A stretch of DNA of 64,000 nucleotides from Chiloscyllium plagiosum (taxonomy: Eukaryota): NCBI RefSeq assembly GCF_004010195.1, contig NC_057719.1, positions 48,568,441 through 48,632,440 on the forward strand. The letters are read 5' to 3'. The position numbers and the translations under genes were made by a program. Shown here piece after piece: positions 41,105 to 52,857 of the stretch. Below the pieces are notes generated by a model that worked only from the letters and a program-made list of their open reading frames with translations, searched no databases and was not told the origin of the DNA. Each line of letters starts with the position of its first letter. Position 1 is the first letter of the stretch.

Positions 41105-41805
41105 GGAGGAGAAAATAAGGTCTGCAAATGCTGGAGATCAGAGTCGAGAGTGTGGTGCTGGAAAAGCACAGTAGGGCAGTCAGCATCCGAGGAGTAGAAG
41201 AATCGACGTTTCGCACATAAGCCCTTCATCAGGAATGAGGCTTGTGGGCCATGGGCTGAGAGATAAATTGAGCGGGGGTGAGGTTGGGGAAAAGGTTGCT
41301 GAGAAAGTGATAGATGGATGAAGGTGAGGGAGAAGGTGATAAGTCAGAGGGGAGAGTGATGGACAGGTCAGGAGAGTGGTGCCGAGTTGGAGGCTTGGAA
41401 CTGAGATAATGTGGGGGGAGGGGAAATGAGGAAGCAGTTGAAATCCATATTTATACCGTGTGGTTGCAGGATCCCAAGGCAGAATATGAGGTGTTCTTCC
41501 TCCTGGCATCGGGTGGTAATGATTTGGTGGTGGAGGATGCCCAGCACCTGTATGTCCTTGATGGAGTGCGAGGGGGAGTTGAAATGTTCAGCCGCAGGCA
41601 GTGGGGTTGATGGGTGCAGGTGTCCCAGAGATGTTCTCTGAAATGATCCGCAAGAAGGCGTCCTGTCTCCATGATGTGGAGGAGACAACACCGGGTGCAA
41701 CGGATGCAATAGATGACATTGGTGGAGATACAGGTAAATTTCTGATGGATGTGGAAGGTTCTCTTAGGGCCTTGGACGGAGGTGAGGGGAGTGGTGTGGG
41801 AGCAT
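41105..41805 (-). mobile_element. Penelope-like element (family A, Neptune-like): GIY-YIG endonuclease relic plus pLTR
   Basis: Minus strand translates FTCISTNVIYCIRCTRCCLLHIMETGRLLADHFREHL..AEHFNSPSHS..EEEHLIFCLGILQPHGINMDF (GIY-YIG motif with CxxC). Confidence 0.9.
41201..41236 (-). ncRNA. Minimal type I hammerhead ribozyme motif (core intact, stem II mismatched)
   Basis: RNA: AUUC-CUGAUGA-A-GGGC-UUAU-GUGC-GAAAC-GUC-GAUU. It lies in a PLE terminal repeat, the established location of minimal hammerheads. Confidence 0.7.
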
Positions 41806-42251
41806 GGTAAAGGTACTAAGGTAATTCATTTTCATTGGGTGGAGTCCTGTTGGCCTGCCCAAATCTTTTCCAAGGGCAGGCAAGGGAGCTTAACTTGGTA
41901 GGAGGCCAAATGTCAGTTTCCTGACTGTGAGTTAAACTTTTGCTCTTCAGTTTTCAAAGCTTTTCGGCTAGGTCAAGTTTCCTGGCCACAATTGAAGGGA
42001 ATCTCTTTTGCATTGCTTAGACTATTTTGAACATTATTAACATCCCAGCCTGCTGGAAATGTGTTCACAAATGAAATTTTATTTTAACCAAAATTAGGAA
42101 ACATGTCCATGTAAAACTTCACTATGTATATGAGGTGTGCACCTGTTGGGGTCTTCTGCTTCATCCAACCTCTGGAGAGTAAAAGCTTGCACACAGAATC
42201 TTGACTCCCTCAGGAAAAAGCTGTTCTTTTGTGCAAATGCTCACAGTGTTA

Positions 42252-44407
42252 GGGCTGAATCTTTTCCATTGTTAGTCAAGAGAAGTCTCAGTCATACTCT
42301 TCTGCCATCTTGTTCTTTAACATTTATAGTGTTAGGGTTAGAGGATCAATGAGACCATTAGTGTGCTCATATGAGGCAGCCCCACTGACTGATTTCAGCT
42401 AAACCGTCCAGTTGTGGGCAAGTGGAGCTCAACTAAAGAGGGAGAACATTTTAGATGTGGGATTAAACTAAAGAGGGATCAACAAGAAGGGAGATGGTCA
42501 AATAGAAAGACAACTTGGGGATGAAACCATTATGCAGATTGAACCTTCCAATATGTAAGGACTGCCTTGCAGGAGGTAATGCAGGGTGAATAGTTCACAT
42601 TGTTGTATTTGAATCAAGTGCACAAAACAATGTGAAAATCAAAAATACATGTATCTTGCGCGTGGCAGCACAAAGAAATGGGGAAACCAGTCATAGGTTA
42701 TACAGGATACACCCCTCCTTGTACAAGTGGCAGCAGGTTGGACCTTCACCCAAGTAGGAGTAGCCTGATAAAGATTCAAAGGTAACGGTGACTATGACAA
42801 TATGTACATCTCAATCCTGATTTTTCTTCACAAACCAATAATTCCATTCCAGATGTGGGAACCACTGAAACCAGCAGCTGTCTTAGCATTGGTAAGCCTG
42901 GATAATTATGAACGAGAAAGAGAAACAGAAGGAGAAAACAAAAACAGAATCGAAGACATGAGGCGCAGGCAGCTGTAACAGTGGAAGAAGAAAGAGCACA
43001 TGAAGAGTAGAACCAGGATCTCCAGTGTTGTCAAACAGTCAATAGTGACTGGGCTTTACAAAATGTGTTGGATTTGCCTTCAGATGAGTGAAGAATAGAG
43101 CTAAGACATATTTGCATCATTTGAGAAGCTGTAAACTACACTGCCTCCTCTTGCACGTAGATCAGCTGCTGCACAGCTTGGGGCACAGTACTATAATTGT
43201 GGGCCTGAAGCTCACAGTTGCATTGACCTTCCTCACCATCGACTCCTTTTAAAACGCAGCTGGCAACATACAATTAACAGTGTATAAAGATTTTTGTGAG
43301 TATAGTAAAGAATATAGTTCGACCATTTCACCATGTACCCATTCACAGGTAAGTTGCCTAAGCCATGTGATTTTTCAGCTACTGCTGGGTTTCCTCAGGT
43401 GAACAGTGCAATGTGGTGCTCAGAACTTTCTGGCACCATCCAACCAGATTCCTGAACTGGAAAGGATATCACTCCATCAATGTCCAGGCCATTTGTGACC
43501 CCAGATGACAATTCCTGCACGTGTGCTCCTACTATCTATGAGCTGTCAGATGACAGTGTTCTATGCAACTGCCATGTTTATCAAATGTTTGCACTCTCAC
43601 CCTTACCCCCAAAACACACATGCGCACATCTCCTCTCACTCCCCTGTCCCACACACCACCCTGCCCCCAATCCCACCACCAAATCATGCCCCCCCATTCG
43701 TGCCACCGCCCAGTGCAAAACATCAGAAAGATGTTGTGAAACTTGAAAGGGTTCAGAAAAGATCTATAAGGATGTTGCCAAGGTTGGAGGATTTGAGCTA
43801 CATGGTAAGGCTGAACAGGCTGGGGCTGTTTTCCCTGGAGCGTCGGAAGCTGAGGGGTGACCATTTAAGAGGCATTTGAATAGGAAGGGTTTGGAGGGAT
43901 ATGGGCCGGGTGCTGGCAGGTGGTACTAGATTGGGTTGGGATATCTGGTCGGCATAGACGGGTTGGACCGAAGGGCCTGTGTCTATGCTGTACATCTTTA
44001 TGACTCTATGACTCTGTGATACTGAACAGTACTACAATACTGCTCAAACATTGTACATTTGTTGATACGGTCTCCAGTATGGAATTGTTTGCTGTATCCT
44101 ACACTACCTAGCTCAACAATACTGAGGAAGCCAGGACAGCAGTAAGATGAGATGGACAGACCTGAGATAACCTAATTGTGGGATAGATGCAAAATCCTTT
44201 AATGGTGATAGGATTCAGGGAGTGAAATGCTGACATTTTGCTAGAGGGCTGGAACATCCTACTTCCCATCAAGATAATTTGATATTTTAGCCAAATGTTC
44301 AAATCTAAAGAGTTTTAAGAAATGTGGCAGCATGAGAAAGCTCATCCACCCCCAGGGTGAAGTCACTTCTGCCATGATGCTTAGTGTAAGAAAGGAAAAT
44401 TCTGCCC
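42252..44407 (+). mobile_element. Harbinger (PIF) transposon relic with transposase remnants
   Basis: Termini GGGCTGAATCTT ... AAAATTCTGCCC are imperfect TIRs. About 43080-43570 translates LQMSEE, VGLKLTVALTFLTIDSF*NAAGNI and AGFPQVNSA. It is interrupted by a CR1 at 43722-44015. No matching TSD. Confidence 0.65.
43722..44015 (+). mobile_element. Young CR1 3' end with internal deletions
   Basis: QKDVVKLERVQKR..RRKLRGD, then a jump to the 3' UTR; ends ATGACTCTATGACTCT. Confidence 0.9.
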
Positions 44408-45650
44408 ACTGTGCCATTGCTTCTGTAACACGACTATCTCTCTACCTTACCTCTCTCCACTGCACAATTTGAAATGAGAAAAATGAGTCGGCATCGGTTC
44501 ATCAATCGTGACACTATAAAATGAGCAAGTCAACTTGAATATACCAAATTATGATCCAAATAATTTGTGTGTAACAGAGCTAGTTTATATTGAAAGAATT
44601 CTTTGTTATAGCTCTGAAAAAGACTAAGATGCAGAAATACGCTGCAGGAAGTATGTTGTCATCAGCAGAGGAATCTTGATCTCACTACTTGATAAAGAAA
44701 TGCACAAAATGATGTTAATTTGGTGACAAACACAAGCAGTTACCATGGGAACAGAAAACTGTAATATTTGGAGCTTTTCATAAAAAGGTCAGTGATTGTG
44801 GCATTGGAAAAATTACTGAGGCAGCTGACAGTACGATATGCATGATTCTAGATATTTGTATGCATGTCAGTTCTCAATAAACACAACAGACTATATGTCT
44901 TGTCTGTAGTCTAACAAATTGCTGGAAAAGATCCATCAATATAACAATATGCTTGAGCACATTTTTCAAAATGGACAACCGGATTAAAAAAATATAGAGC
45001 TGGAAGAGATGCAACAGTTAAGGAAAAGTATCAACTATCTTTATTCATTTTTTCAATATTCAAAAGTACAGTTTCACAATAAAAAGACAGAATGATGTAA
45101 TTAATGCCTAGTAATGTCTTTGTCAGTTTAATCTTTATTTACAAGAAAGATGACGCTGGAAAAGAAAGTAGTGAAAAAAGATCAATACTGAACTATTTAT
45201 TTTCTGTATTTCAATAATCATTTTCAAAATGCTTGCTTTCTGTGTGAAGAAATGTATCCAAAAGTATATGGCAATGTTAACTAATTCCAAAAACAGGATA
45301 AGGCCATGAAAAGACCACACTCACAATACTTCTTTATATTTTATTTTGAATAAGACTTTGTTTCAGCCACTGCCGACTTTGAAGAGTGACTAAATTAGCC
45401 ATGAGATAAAGAATTGTAGCGGGCTGGTATCTCGATCTTTTGTGTTCCTTCATTACCTTATGTCTTAAGCCTAAGTCAATAGGAAAGAAAGACAGCTATC
45501 AAGCCAGCAGCTCCCAGGAACAGCTACTGGAACTTCCAAATTATTCTAACAGCCATATTCCCAAACCTGGGATTTTCTATCCTGGTTGGCCTATTATACG
45601 AATGAGGACATTCTACAAACTGCTAACTAGTGTAACCAATGTTATTAATG

Positions 45651-46169
45651 TTGTGGTTCTGTTCGCCGAGCTGGGAATTTGTGTTGCAGACATTTCGTAC
45701 CCTGTCTAAGTGACATCCTCAGTGCTTGGGAGCCTTCTGTGAAGCGCTTCTGTGTTGTTTCCTCCCGGCATTTATAGTGATTTGTATCTGCCGCTTCCGG
45801 TTGTCAGTTCCAGCTGTCTGCTGCAGTGGCCGGTATATTGGGTCCAGGTCGATGTGTTTATTGATTGAATCTGTGGATGAGTGCCATGCCTCTAGGAATT
45901 CCCTGGCTGTTCTCTGTTTTGCTTGTCCTATAATAGTAGTGTTGTCCCAGTCGAACTCATGTTGCTTGTCCTCTGAGTGTGTGGCTACTAAGGATAGCTG
46001 GTCATGTCATTTCGTTGTATAAATGCCGGAGGAAACATCACAGAAGCGGTCCCAAGCACTGAGGATGTCACCTAGACAGGGGACGAAACGTCTGCAACAC
46101 AAATTCCCAGCTCGGCAAACAGAACCACAACAACGAGCACCCGAGCTACAAATCTTCTCCCAAACTTTG
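45651..46169. mobile_element. Foldback Penelope-like element (family D, Poseidon-like) with a 13-bp TSD
   Basis: AATGTTATTAATG at 45638-45650 and 46170-46182. Inverted arms at about 45650-45776 and 46018-46132. The minus strand of the spacer encodes the GIY-YIG C-terminus HEFDWDNTTIIGQAKQRTAREFLEAWHSSTDSINKHIDLDPIYRPL. Confidence 0.92.
46056..46095 (+). ncRNA. Minimal type I hammerhead ribozyme motif (best preserved in the window)
   Basis: RNA: GCA-CUGAGGA-U-GUCACC-UAGACA-GGGGAC-GAAAC-GUC^UGC. Stem I is GCA/UGC, stem II has one mismatch, and the core is complete with a GUC cleavage triplet. The inverted copy at 45686-45725 has GAAAU. Confidence 0.8.
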
Positions 46170-47475
46170 AATGTTATTAATGCTGAAGCAACACTGGATT
46201 AAATGTTCTCACTTGCAGTTAAACTGCTTTTTTCAAGTGGATCATGGATCATGATGACTTTTCCCATGCAATCTTCCACTCATCACCTCATTAATTATGA
46301 ATCTGGGCGTTTTTGGTGCCCATCTTATGGAATTGCTCATCTGGAGGGCTAGAAGTGCTCACCACTGCCAGGATCTCGTGACATTCAGACTGCTGATGCC
46401 ATGTTTAGCATGGACATGATGCATGCAGTACTGACTGTACTTAGGACTTAAGACAGCATCTATTCCTGAATTTTAGCAATGCCTTTTTTTTTGTTTTCCG
46501 AACAAGATGATACACAGTTAAACTCTAGACGTTTTAAACTGATCAATACCTTGAGTGGTAGAACAGAATTTGTTTGGAATGAAATTAAATTTGGCAGTTT
46601 TCATAACTTTTTGAATTACTAAATTACATTTCAGAGAATAAAGTCACAAATAAAATCCAACTGTTGAATTGTTTTTAATTAGCCAATTCTTGCATTTTTC
46701 TTCTTGTAAATTCCAAAGGTTCTAAGTTGCTTTATATGTTCAAGTGACATGCTGAATGAAATATTTCTTTTTGTTGTTGAGGTAGCCTCCTTCTGCACTG
46801 TAACAATTCTTTGATAAAGGAACCTTAATTACTGACTTGGGTTTGATTTAGTTAAACTAGTCTAGTATCAAATCAGGAAGATTCCTTTTGTAAATTAGTT
46901 GATTTTCAGTTACAACTTATAATCACCATGTAGGTATTAAACTTTTTAGTGAAAATTAATTGGCAATCCATTTAAAGCAGGAAACTAGTGTAATATTTTT
47001 CAGTTCAGATTTTGCCTTCTGGCAGGTTATCCCTGCATTGTTTTCCATAGCAGATAGATCCCCTGATTGACAGTGCAGCAGTCACTCCACAATTCCTCAT
47101 CATGATCTGACTCAATTTCACTCGAGCCATCATGCATTGACACCTCAGGTTCTCCAATACTGGATCCACCAGACTTCTGGCAACTCCCTTCTCTGAAAGT
47201 GCTTTCCAACTACCAGCTCAACACCATAAGTGTGGCCATTTGTCAAGCCATTTGATGGTTCTATGGGTTTAGGATCCTATTCTGTATCTTCTTTCAACCT
47301 CTGATATTCCAATTTTTGAGGAATGTCTTTATACCACTTAGAAGGTCCATGCATTCAGCTCTGCGATCATTAAATGTTTTCCTTCTGAATACTTCTCTCT
47401 AAGTCCTCTTCGACTCCACCTTGAACTCCTGGCTTAGACTCATGTGATACTGCATTGACCTGGAGATCTCCATCA

Positions 47476-48277
47476 GCTGCTCATATTGATGATGACCATT
47501 AAAATTGTGAGATGTCAAAGCAGGGAAGTAACTTTAGCCCAATATGGGCTCCCTGGTCACCCAGAGACCTCTAGAGGAAGTGGATTGTCTGGTAATGACC
47601 TCAGTAGTAACAGGACACAGTGCATTCTTGAACTTACAAAGGTCTACAAAAAGTTCTTGCAGGCCATTCACATTTGTGACCAAAAGTTTCAGACAGCCAG
47701 AGAGTGAGTACATGATTGGTTTGTCTGTTTCAATGTTCCATGTCAGATACACAGTGATCAGGGGCACACTCTGAGAGCTAATATACATCAGCTGGTGTGG
47801 TAAACCCAAGGAGGTAGACCACATTAAGGACAGGGCCGGCTTCAATGATGAAGAATATGGTGAATAGCCTGTGGATGAGGATGGGATGCTAGTAAAAGCA
47901 TAAACCAGTTCTGGAAGATACTCAGGACATTGTTTCTTACTTTCAGTAGACAAGGCACACAGATCCTTTCAATTATTGTTGAATTATTTCTCACTGTCTG
48001 TAACCCTTTGGGTGGTAGGGGGTAGTGCTGCTCGTGGCAATGCTGATGACAAATCTTGTGAATGATTCTGCTCTCAGAGTTGTGAATGGCCTTCAAGAAC
48101 TTTTTGAAGACATTTGTGAGTTCAAGAATGCACTCAGTCCTTTTACTACTGAGCTCAATACTAGACAATCCATTTTCTCTAGCGGTCTCTTGGTGACCAG
48201 GGGGCCCATATTGGGCTAAAGTCACTTCCCTGCTTTGACATCTCACAATTTTAATGGTCATCATCAATATGAGCAGC
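47476..48277. repeat. 197-bp inverted duplication within the Gypsy integrase relic
   Basis: 47476-47672 is the reverse complement of 48081-48277, with no indels and 16 mismatches by my count. Confidence 0.95.
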
Positions 48278-49591
48278 CATCCCAGGTGAATAATACAGTG
48301 CCTGATCAGGGCAGTTGTTGTTTATGTTACGTAATATCCTGATGGATCATGAACTGCTACAACACATGACACACCAGGCTGTCAGGAAAAATGACTTACT
48401 TCACCTCTCTCTTTCCTTGTCATGAACCAGCCAATAGAGTATTCCCTGATCATCTCCCTGATCCTCCTCCAGCTCCTCCACAATTTTTGTGCCTTTTTGG
48501 ATTCCCTCATCAACTGGCACTGGCTTCATGGATTTTGGGTTCTCTCGTAATGAAGAACTAATACCCATGTCAATCAGCTAAAGCTGTCTGTGATCCTCTT
48601 TGAAGATAGATAGCAGAAGTCTGTAGGAAAAGGGTTGGAAATCTGGGCATTCAAGGAAGGAGATGTAACAAGTTTCAGCTTGAGGGTGCAACAGGAATTT
48701 CACATACTGGGGTCCAATTCCCTGTGATGCTACATGAAATATCACACCTTATATGTGTTATCCCATCTACTCCTGAGGTGTTCTCAGATTTTATCAGAAA
48801 ATCATAAAGAGGGCCTGTCAAGAGAGAATAGTCTTGCTCAACCCTCCTCTAGTAATGAGGAACAAGGAATCCATATATTAGGCAAGGACCAACCACTCAG
48901 ATTTTCTCACAGGCAGGTGTAAAGGTGTAACTCGTTAACAAAGTGCTCCAGGTACTGTACTGTCGCTCAGAAAGTTGGCACTTCTATACATTGGCTTTTA
49001 AACTAAACTGCAGCAAATAGGCCAAGACAGTCTTGCAAGAGTCTTCTCAAATGTTGAGCTGAAATGAATATATTGCCCAGATATTCAAAGAGGGACTGGA
49101 AATTAACATCACTAAAAGCTTTATCCATTGCACATGTGAAAGTGAAAGGGGAGATACAGAGCCCAAACCACTTCTCATGTATTTCAAAAGTCCCTTGGTG
49201 CCTGTTTAGAATACTATCTTTTCAATGTCTCATTTAGTAATGGGTGGCTGCTTATAATTATGGACCAAATCGAGACTGCAGAAATGCTATGCACCTTCAG
49301 AATTTGTAATGCTTCCTCAAACCTAGCTAGAGGGTAAGTGTCCTTATGACCCTTTATATTGAGTGCCCAGCAACCAGCACAGATCCTCAGTTTTCGATCT
49401 TGCTTTCTCACTAGAACTATGGGGGAGGTGTATGGATTTGATGACTCTCAGATGACACCTTGCACCATAGACCTCTCCAGGTTGTCCAGGATATCCCCTC
49501 TGTAATGGGGTGCCATCCAAAGGTTAGGAACCTCTACTGGATGATCAAGTTTAATCACAACCCAGCTCAAAATAGGCTACCTCCTCTAAGT

Positions 49592-49778
49592 TGAAAGTGA
49601 GGACTGCAGATGCTGGTGATCAGAGCTGAAAATGTGTTGCTGGAAAAGCGCAGCAGGTCAGGCAGCATCCAAGGAGCAGGGGAATCGGCGTTTTGGGCAT
49701 GAGCCCTTCCTGAAGAAGGGCTCATGCCTGAAACATTGATTCTCCTGCTCCTTGGATGCTGCATGACCTGCTGCGCTC
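49592..49778. mobile_element. Foldback Penelope-like pLTR insertion (family A) with a perfect 15-bp TSD, inserted in the Gypsy relic
   Basis: CTACCTCCTCTAAGT at 49577-49591 and 49779-49793. Hairpin 49647-49777 with a loop of about 5 nt. Plus-strand motif CTGAAGA-A-GGGC-TCAT-GCCT-GAAAC-ATT at 49710-49737. Confidence 0.9.
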
Positions 49779-50674
49779 CTACCTCCTCTAAGTCACCCCC
49801 ACTTCCCGAGTGTTTAATCTTTCTCATTGTTCTTTATCCACCTTTCTACAATTTGGTTCATCAGTAAATTTAGAAGTTGCATTTTTGATTCCAAAGTCTG
49901 AATCATTAATATACTTGATAATTATGAATGGAAACTGCAATGATTCTGTGGGACCCCATGTTTCACCTTGTCTGAACCTTTGTTCCTACAGTCTGTGTTC
50001 AAATCTTGCACTCGACTGGCTATCTATTCTAATACTTGCCACTGACATTGCATACTCTGCCCTAGATTTTCATGACATCAGTGAGGCTGTTTGATGCAGG
50101 AGAAATAATTGAAATCTTAAATTCTGCTGCCAAATATGGCATTTCCCGATTCTTCAGGGAGTGGAAATGGTCTCAGCTCAGGATTCACGTGTGCACAGTT
50201 TCCAGAGGTCGCTGGCCATTTAAATCATCGGTTGCTTCCATTTGTGTGTGATTTTGGTGAGGCTCTTCTTGGAGTGTGCAGATTAGGTGAAGTAAGGGCA
50301 GATCTGAACCTTGTGTTTGATAGCTATGGTCCCCTTTTGGAGAAGTAAGATACCCCTTTGGGTTTGGTACCAAGACACCTTTGAGGGAAGTAATGATCCC
50401 TTTGGGAGAGGTAATGTATCTGCTTTAGAGATGTCTGGTGTTCCTTGGTATTGTTAATAATAAACATTTGTGTAAAAGAACTGCATAATCTGATTTTGAT
50501 TATTAAACTTCCAAAGAATTGACAAAGCTGCACAAGAACTGGCAAGCTGTTGAAGAGATCTTTCAAGACTATCAAAATATTTAAAAATCCAAGTGTTCTA
50601 ACATTTGAGAAAACAGATTTGTGAGATGAAAGAATGATTGATTTCTATTTCCATTGCTTTAGTTGGGTGGGAAT

Positions 50675-51040
50675 GAGTAAATGGTTGCACACTGTAATGT
50701 GATTGGGCTGGGTCCAAGTCCCACCAGACCAGCTTACAGAATTTAGTTTTATAGCTGTATCTTGAATATAAAGCTAACATCAGGAATGGTGTCCATGAAG
50801 CTATCATTGATTTCATTAAAAAGAAACTCATCCAGTTGACTAATGTTCTTGAGAAAAGGAAATCTACTATACGTACCTGGTCTACCCTGTACGCAACTCC
50901 AAACTTGCAGCAATGTAACTGATCATTATCTGTCCCCTGAAATGGCCTAGCAAGTCACCCAATTCAAGGGTAGTTTAGGGATGGCCAACAAATGCTGTTC
51001 TCATCAGTGATGCCTGCATTCCATCAAAAAATGTTTTAAA
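50675..51040 (+). mobile_element. tRNA-headed SINE with an L2-like tail; other copies at about 17235-17430, 57930-58165 and 59240-59600
   Basis: The copies share the core GAATATAAAGCTA..AATGGTG.CCATGAA.CTAT..CTAATGT.CTT..GGAAAT.T.C.AT.C.TACCTGG. The B-box-like motif is GGGTCCAAGTCCC or GGGTTCAAATAC. Confidence 0.7.
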
Positions 51041-51686
51041 AATCAATCTGTTTGTTGACATTCGCCTAAGGGATGACCTTTAAATTAACTCGTGGAATGT
51101 GGGTGTACCAGCTGATCAGTATTTATTGTCTCTCCATAGTTGCCCTTCAGGAGGTAATGGTGAGCTGCCGTCTTAAAACGCTGCAGTCTACATGCCGTAG
51201 CATGATCCACAATGCCCTTAGGTGGGGAATTCCAGGATTTTGACCCAGTGACAATGAAACACATTCCGTACTTCTACCACCATCGGGGTGAAAAATTGTT
51301 TACTCAGATTTCCTCTAAATTATTTGCTCCTCACCTTAAACCTTTCGACTCTCGTCTCTAGTCTTAGACATGTCTGCTATGGGGAAAATAGCCTCACAGT
51401 CAATGCTGTTTATGCCTCTCATAATGTTGCGTACCTCAATCTTGTCTCCCCTCAGTCTCTTCTGCTCCAGGGAAAACAAACTTTCCTCATAATGGAGTTT
51501 TCATATCAGGCATCATCCTGGTGAATCTCCTCTGAACCCTCTCTAATAGAATTGCATCCTTCCAATAGTTTTGCAATCAGAACTGCACAGTTTTTGATCT
51601 GTGGCCTAACCAATGTTTAATCAAGTTTTCATAAGATTACCTTGCTCCTATATCCAATGCCCTTTCTAATGAAGGCGAGCATTCTG

Positions 51687-51942
51687 TTAAACTGTCAAAT
51701 AATTGACCAAGCTGCACAAGAACTGTGAAGCTGTCGAAAGGATCTTTCAAGACTATCAAAGTATTCAAAAGTCCAAGTGTTCTAATATTTGAAAAAGAGA
51801 CAGAGTAAATGGTGGCATACTGTAATGTGATTGGACTGGGTCCAAGTCCCACCAGACCAGCTTACAGAATTTAGTTTAATAACTATATCTGGAATATAAA
51901 GCTAATATCAGGAATGATTTCCATTAGGCTATCATTGATTTC
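51687..51942 (+). repeat. Direct copy of 50505-50814 (about 60 bp deleted) inserted into the CR1 relic
   Basis: Both sites share AAGCTGCACAAGAACTG..GATCTTTCAAGACTATCAAA..CCAAGTGTTCTAA and GGGTCCAAGTCCCACCAGACCAGCTTACAGAATTTAGTTT..GCTATCATTGATTTCA. Confidence 0.9.
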
Positions 51943-52654
51943 ACCACCTTTTCCACCACACTATGCTGACACGTTCAGGGATGTATGGGCTTGTACACCA
52001 AGGTCCCTTTGTTCCTCAGTATTCCTCAGAGGATCTACCATTCATTGGGTATATCCTTGCCTCATTAGACCTCTCAAAATGTATCACCTCACACTTATCA
52101 GGATTAAATTCCACCTGCTGTTGCTCTGTCCAATTTGCCAGTTGATCAATATCAGCCTGGAGACTGAGACTGTCCTCCTGTCAACAGTACCACCAAATTT
52201 TGTATCATCTGCAAACTTACTCATTATACTTTCCTACATTCACATCCATGTCATTAATATATATAACAAACAGCTAGAATCCCAGCACTGATCCCTGCAC
52301 CACCAGTCACAGGCTTCCAATCACAAAAACATCCCTTCACCATCACCCTTTTCCCCTTTTTAGGAAGGCAGTTTTGGAACTAACTTTCCTTAGATCCCAT
52401 GGGTTTTTACCTGTTTGACTAGCGTTCCATGTGGGACTTTGTCAAAGGCCTTACTGAAGTCAATGTAAACTACATCAAGTTCACTGCCCTCATCAATATA
52501 TTTAGTCAACTTTTTAAACAAAAACCAATTAAATTAGTTAAATAGGATCTCCCTCTGATAAATCCATGCTGACTATCCCTGATCAATCACTGCCTTTCCA
52601 AATGTTGATTAATCCCATTCCTCAGAATTCTTTTCCATTAATTCCCCTACCATT

Positions 52655-52857
52655 GACAAAGTTAAAAATAACACAACACCAGATTATAGTCCAACAGGTT
52701 TATTTGGAAGCATTAGCTTTCGGAGTGTAGCCCTCTCACCTGATGAAAGGGCAACGCTCTGAAAGCTTGCCTCCAAATAAACCTGTTGGACTATAATCTG
52801 GTGTTGGGTGAATTTTAACTTTGTCCATCCTAGTCTAACCGGCTCCTCCAAGTCATG
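52655..52857 (+). mobile_element. Foldback Penelope-like pLTR insertion (family C) with a TSD, inserted in CR1
   Basis: CCTACCATT at 52646-52654 and 52858-52866. Inverted arms at about 52655-52730 and 52748-52825. Hammerhead motif CUGAUGA-A-AGGGC-AAC-GCUCU-GAAAGCUU at 52740-52768. Confidence 0.88.

Larger units (their letters stand above)
46990..50400 (-). mobile_element. Gypsy LTR-retrotransposon internal relic (RT, RNase H region, integrase)
   Basis: RT: NPYTSPIVLVRKQDRKLRIC..KDTYPLARFEEALQIL (about 49290-49440) and VQYLEHFV. Integrase: STTPYHPKG and YLPELVYAFTSIPSSSTGYSPY (about 47850-48030). RT upstream of integrase is the Gypsy order. Confidence 0.85.

Noticed and set aside
47486..48267. 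Two paralogous ORFs beginning MMMTIKIVRCQSREVTLAQYG
   Set aside because: They are off-frame translations of the two arms of the inverted duplication in the Gypsy integrase relic.
49647..49777. miRNA precursor call for this and the other long hairpins
   Set aside because: The hairpins are fully explained as PLE inverted terminal repeats with TSDs, and no expression evidence is available.
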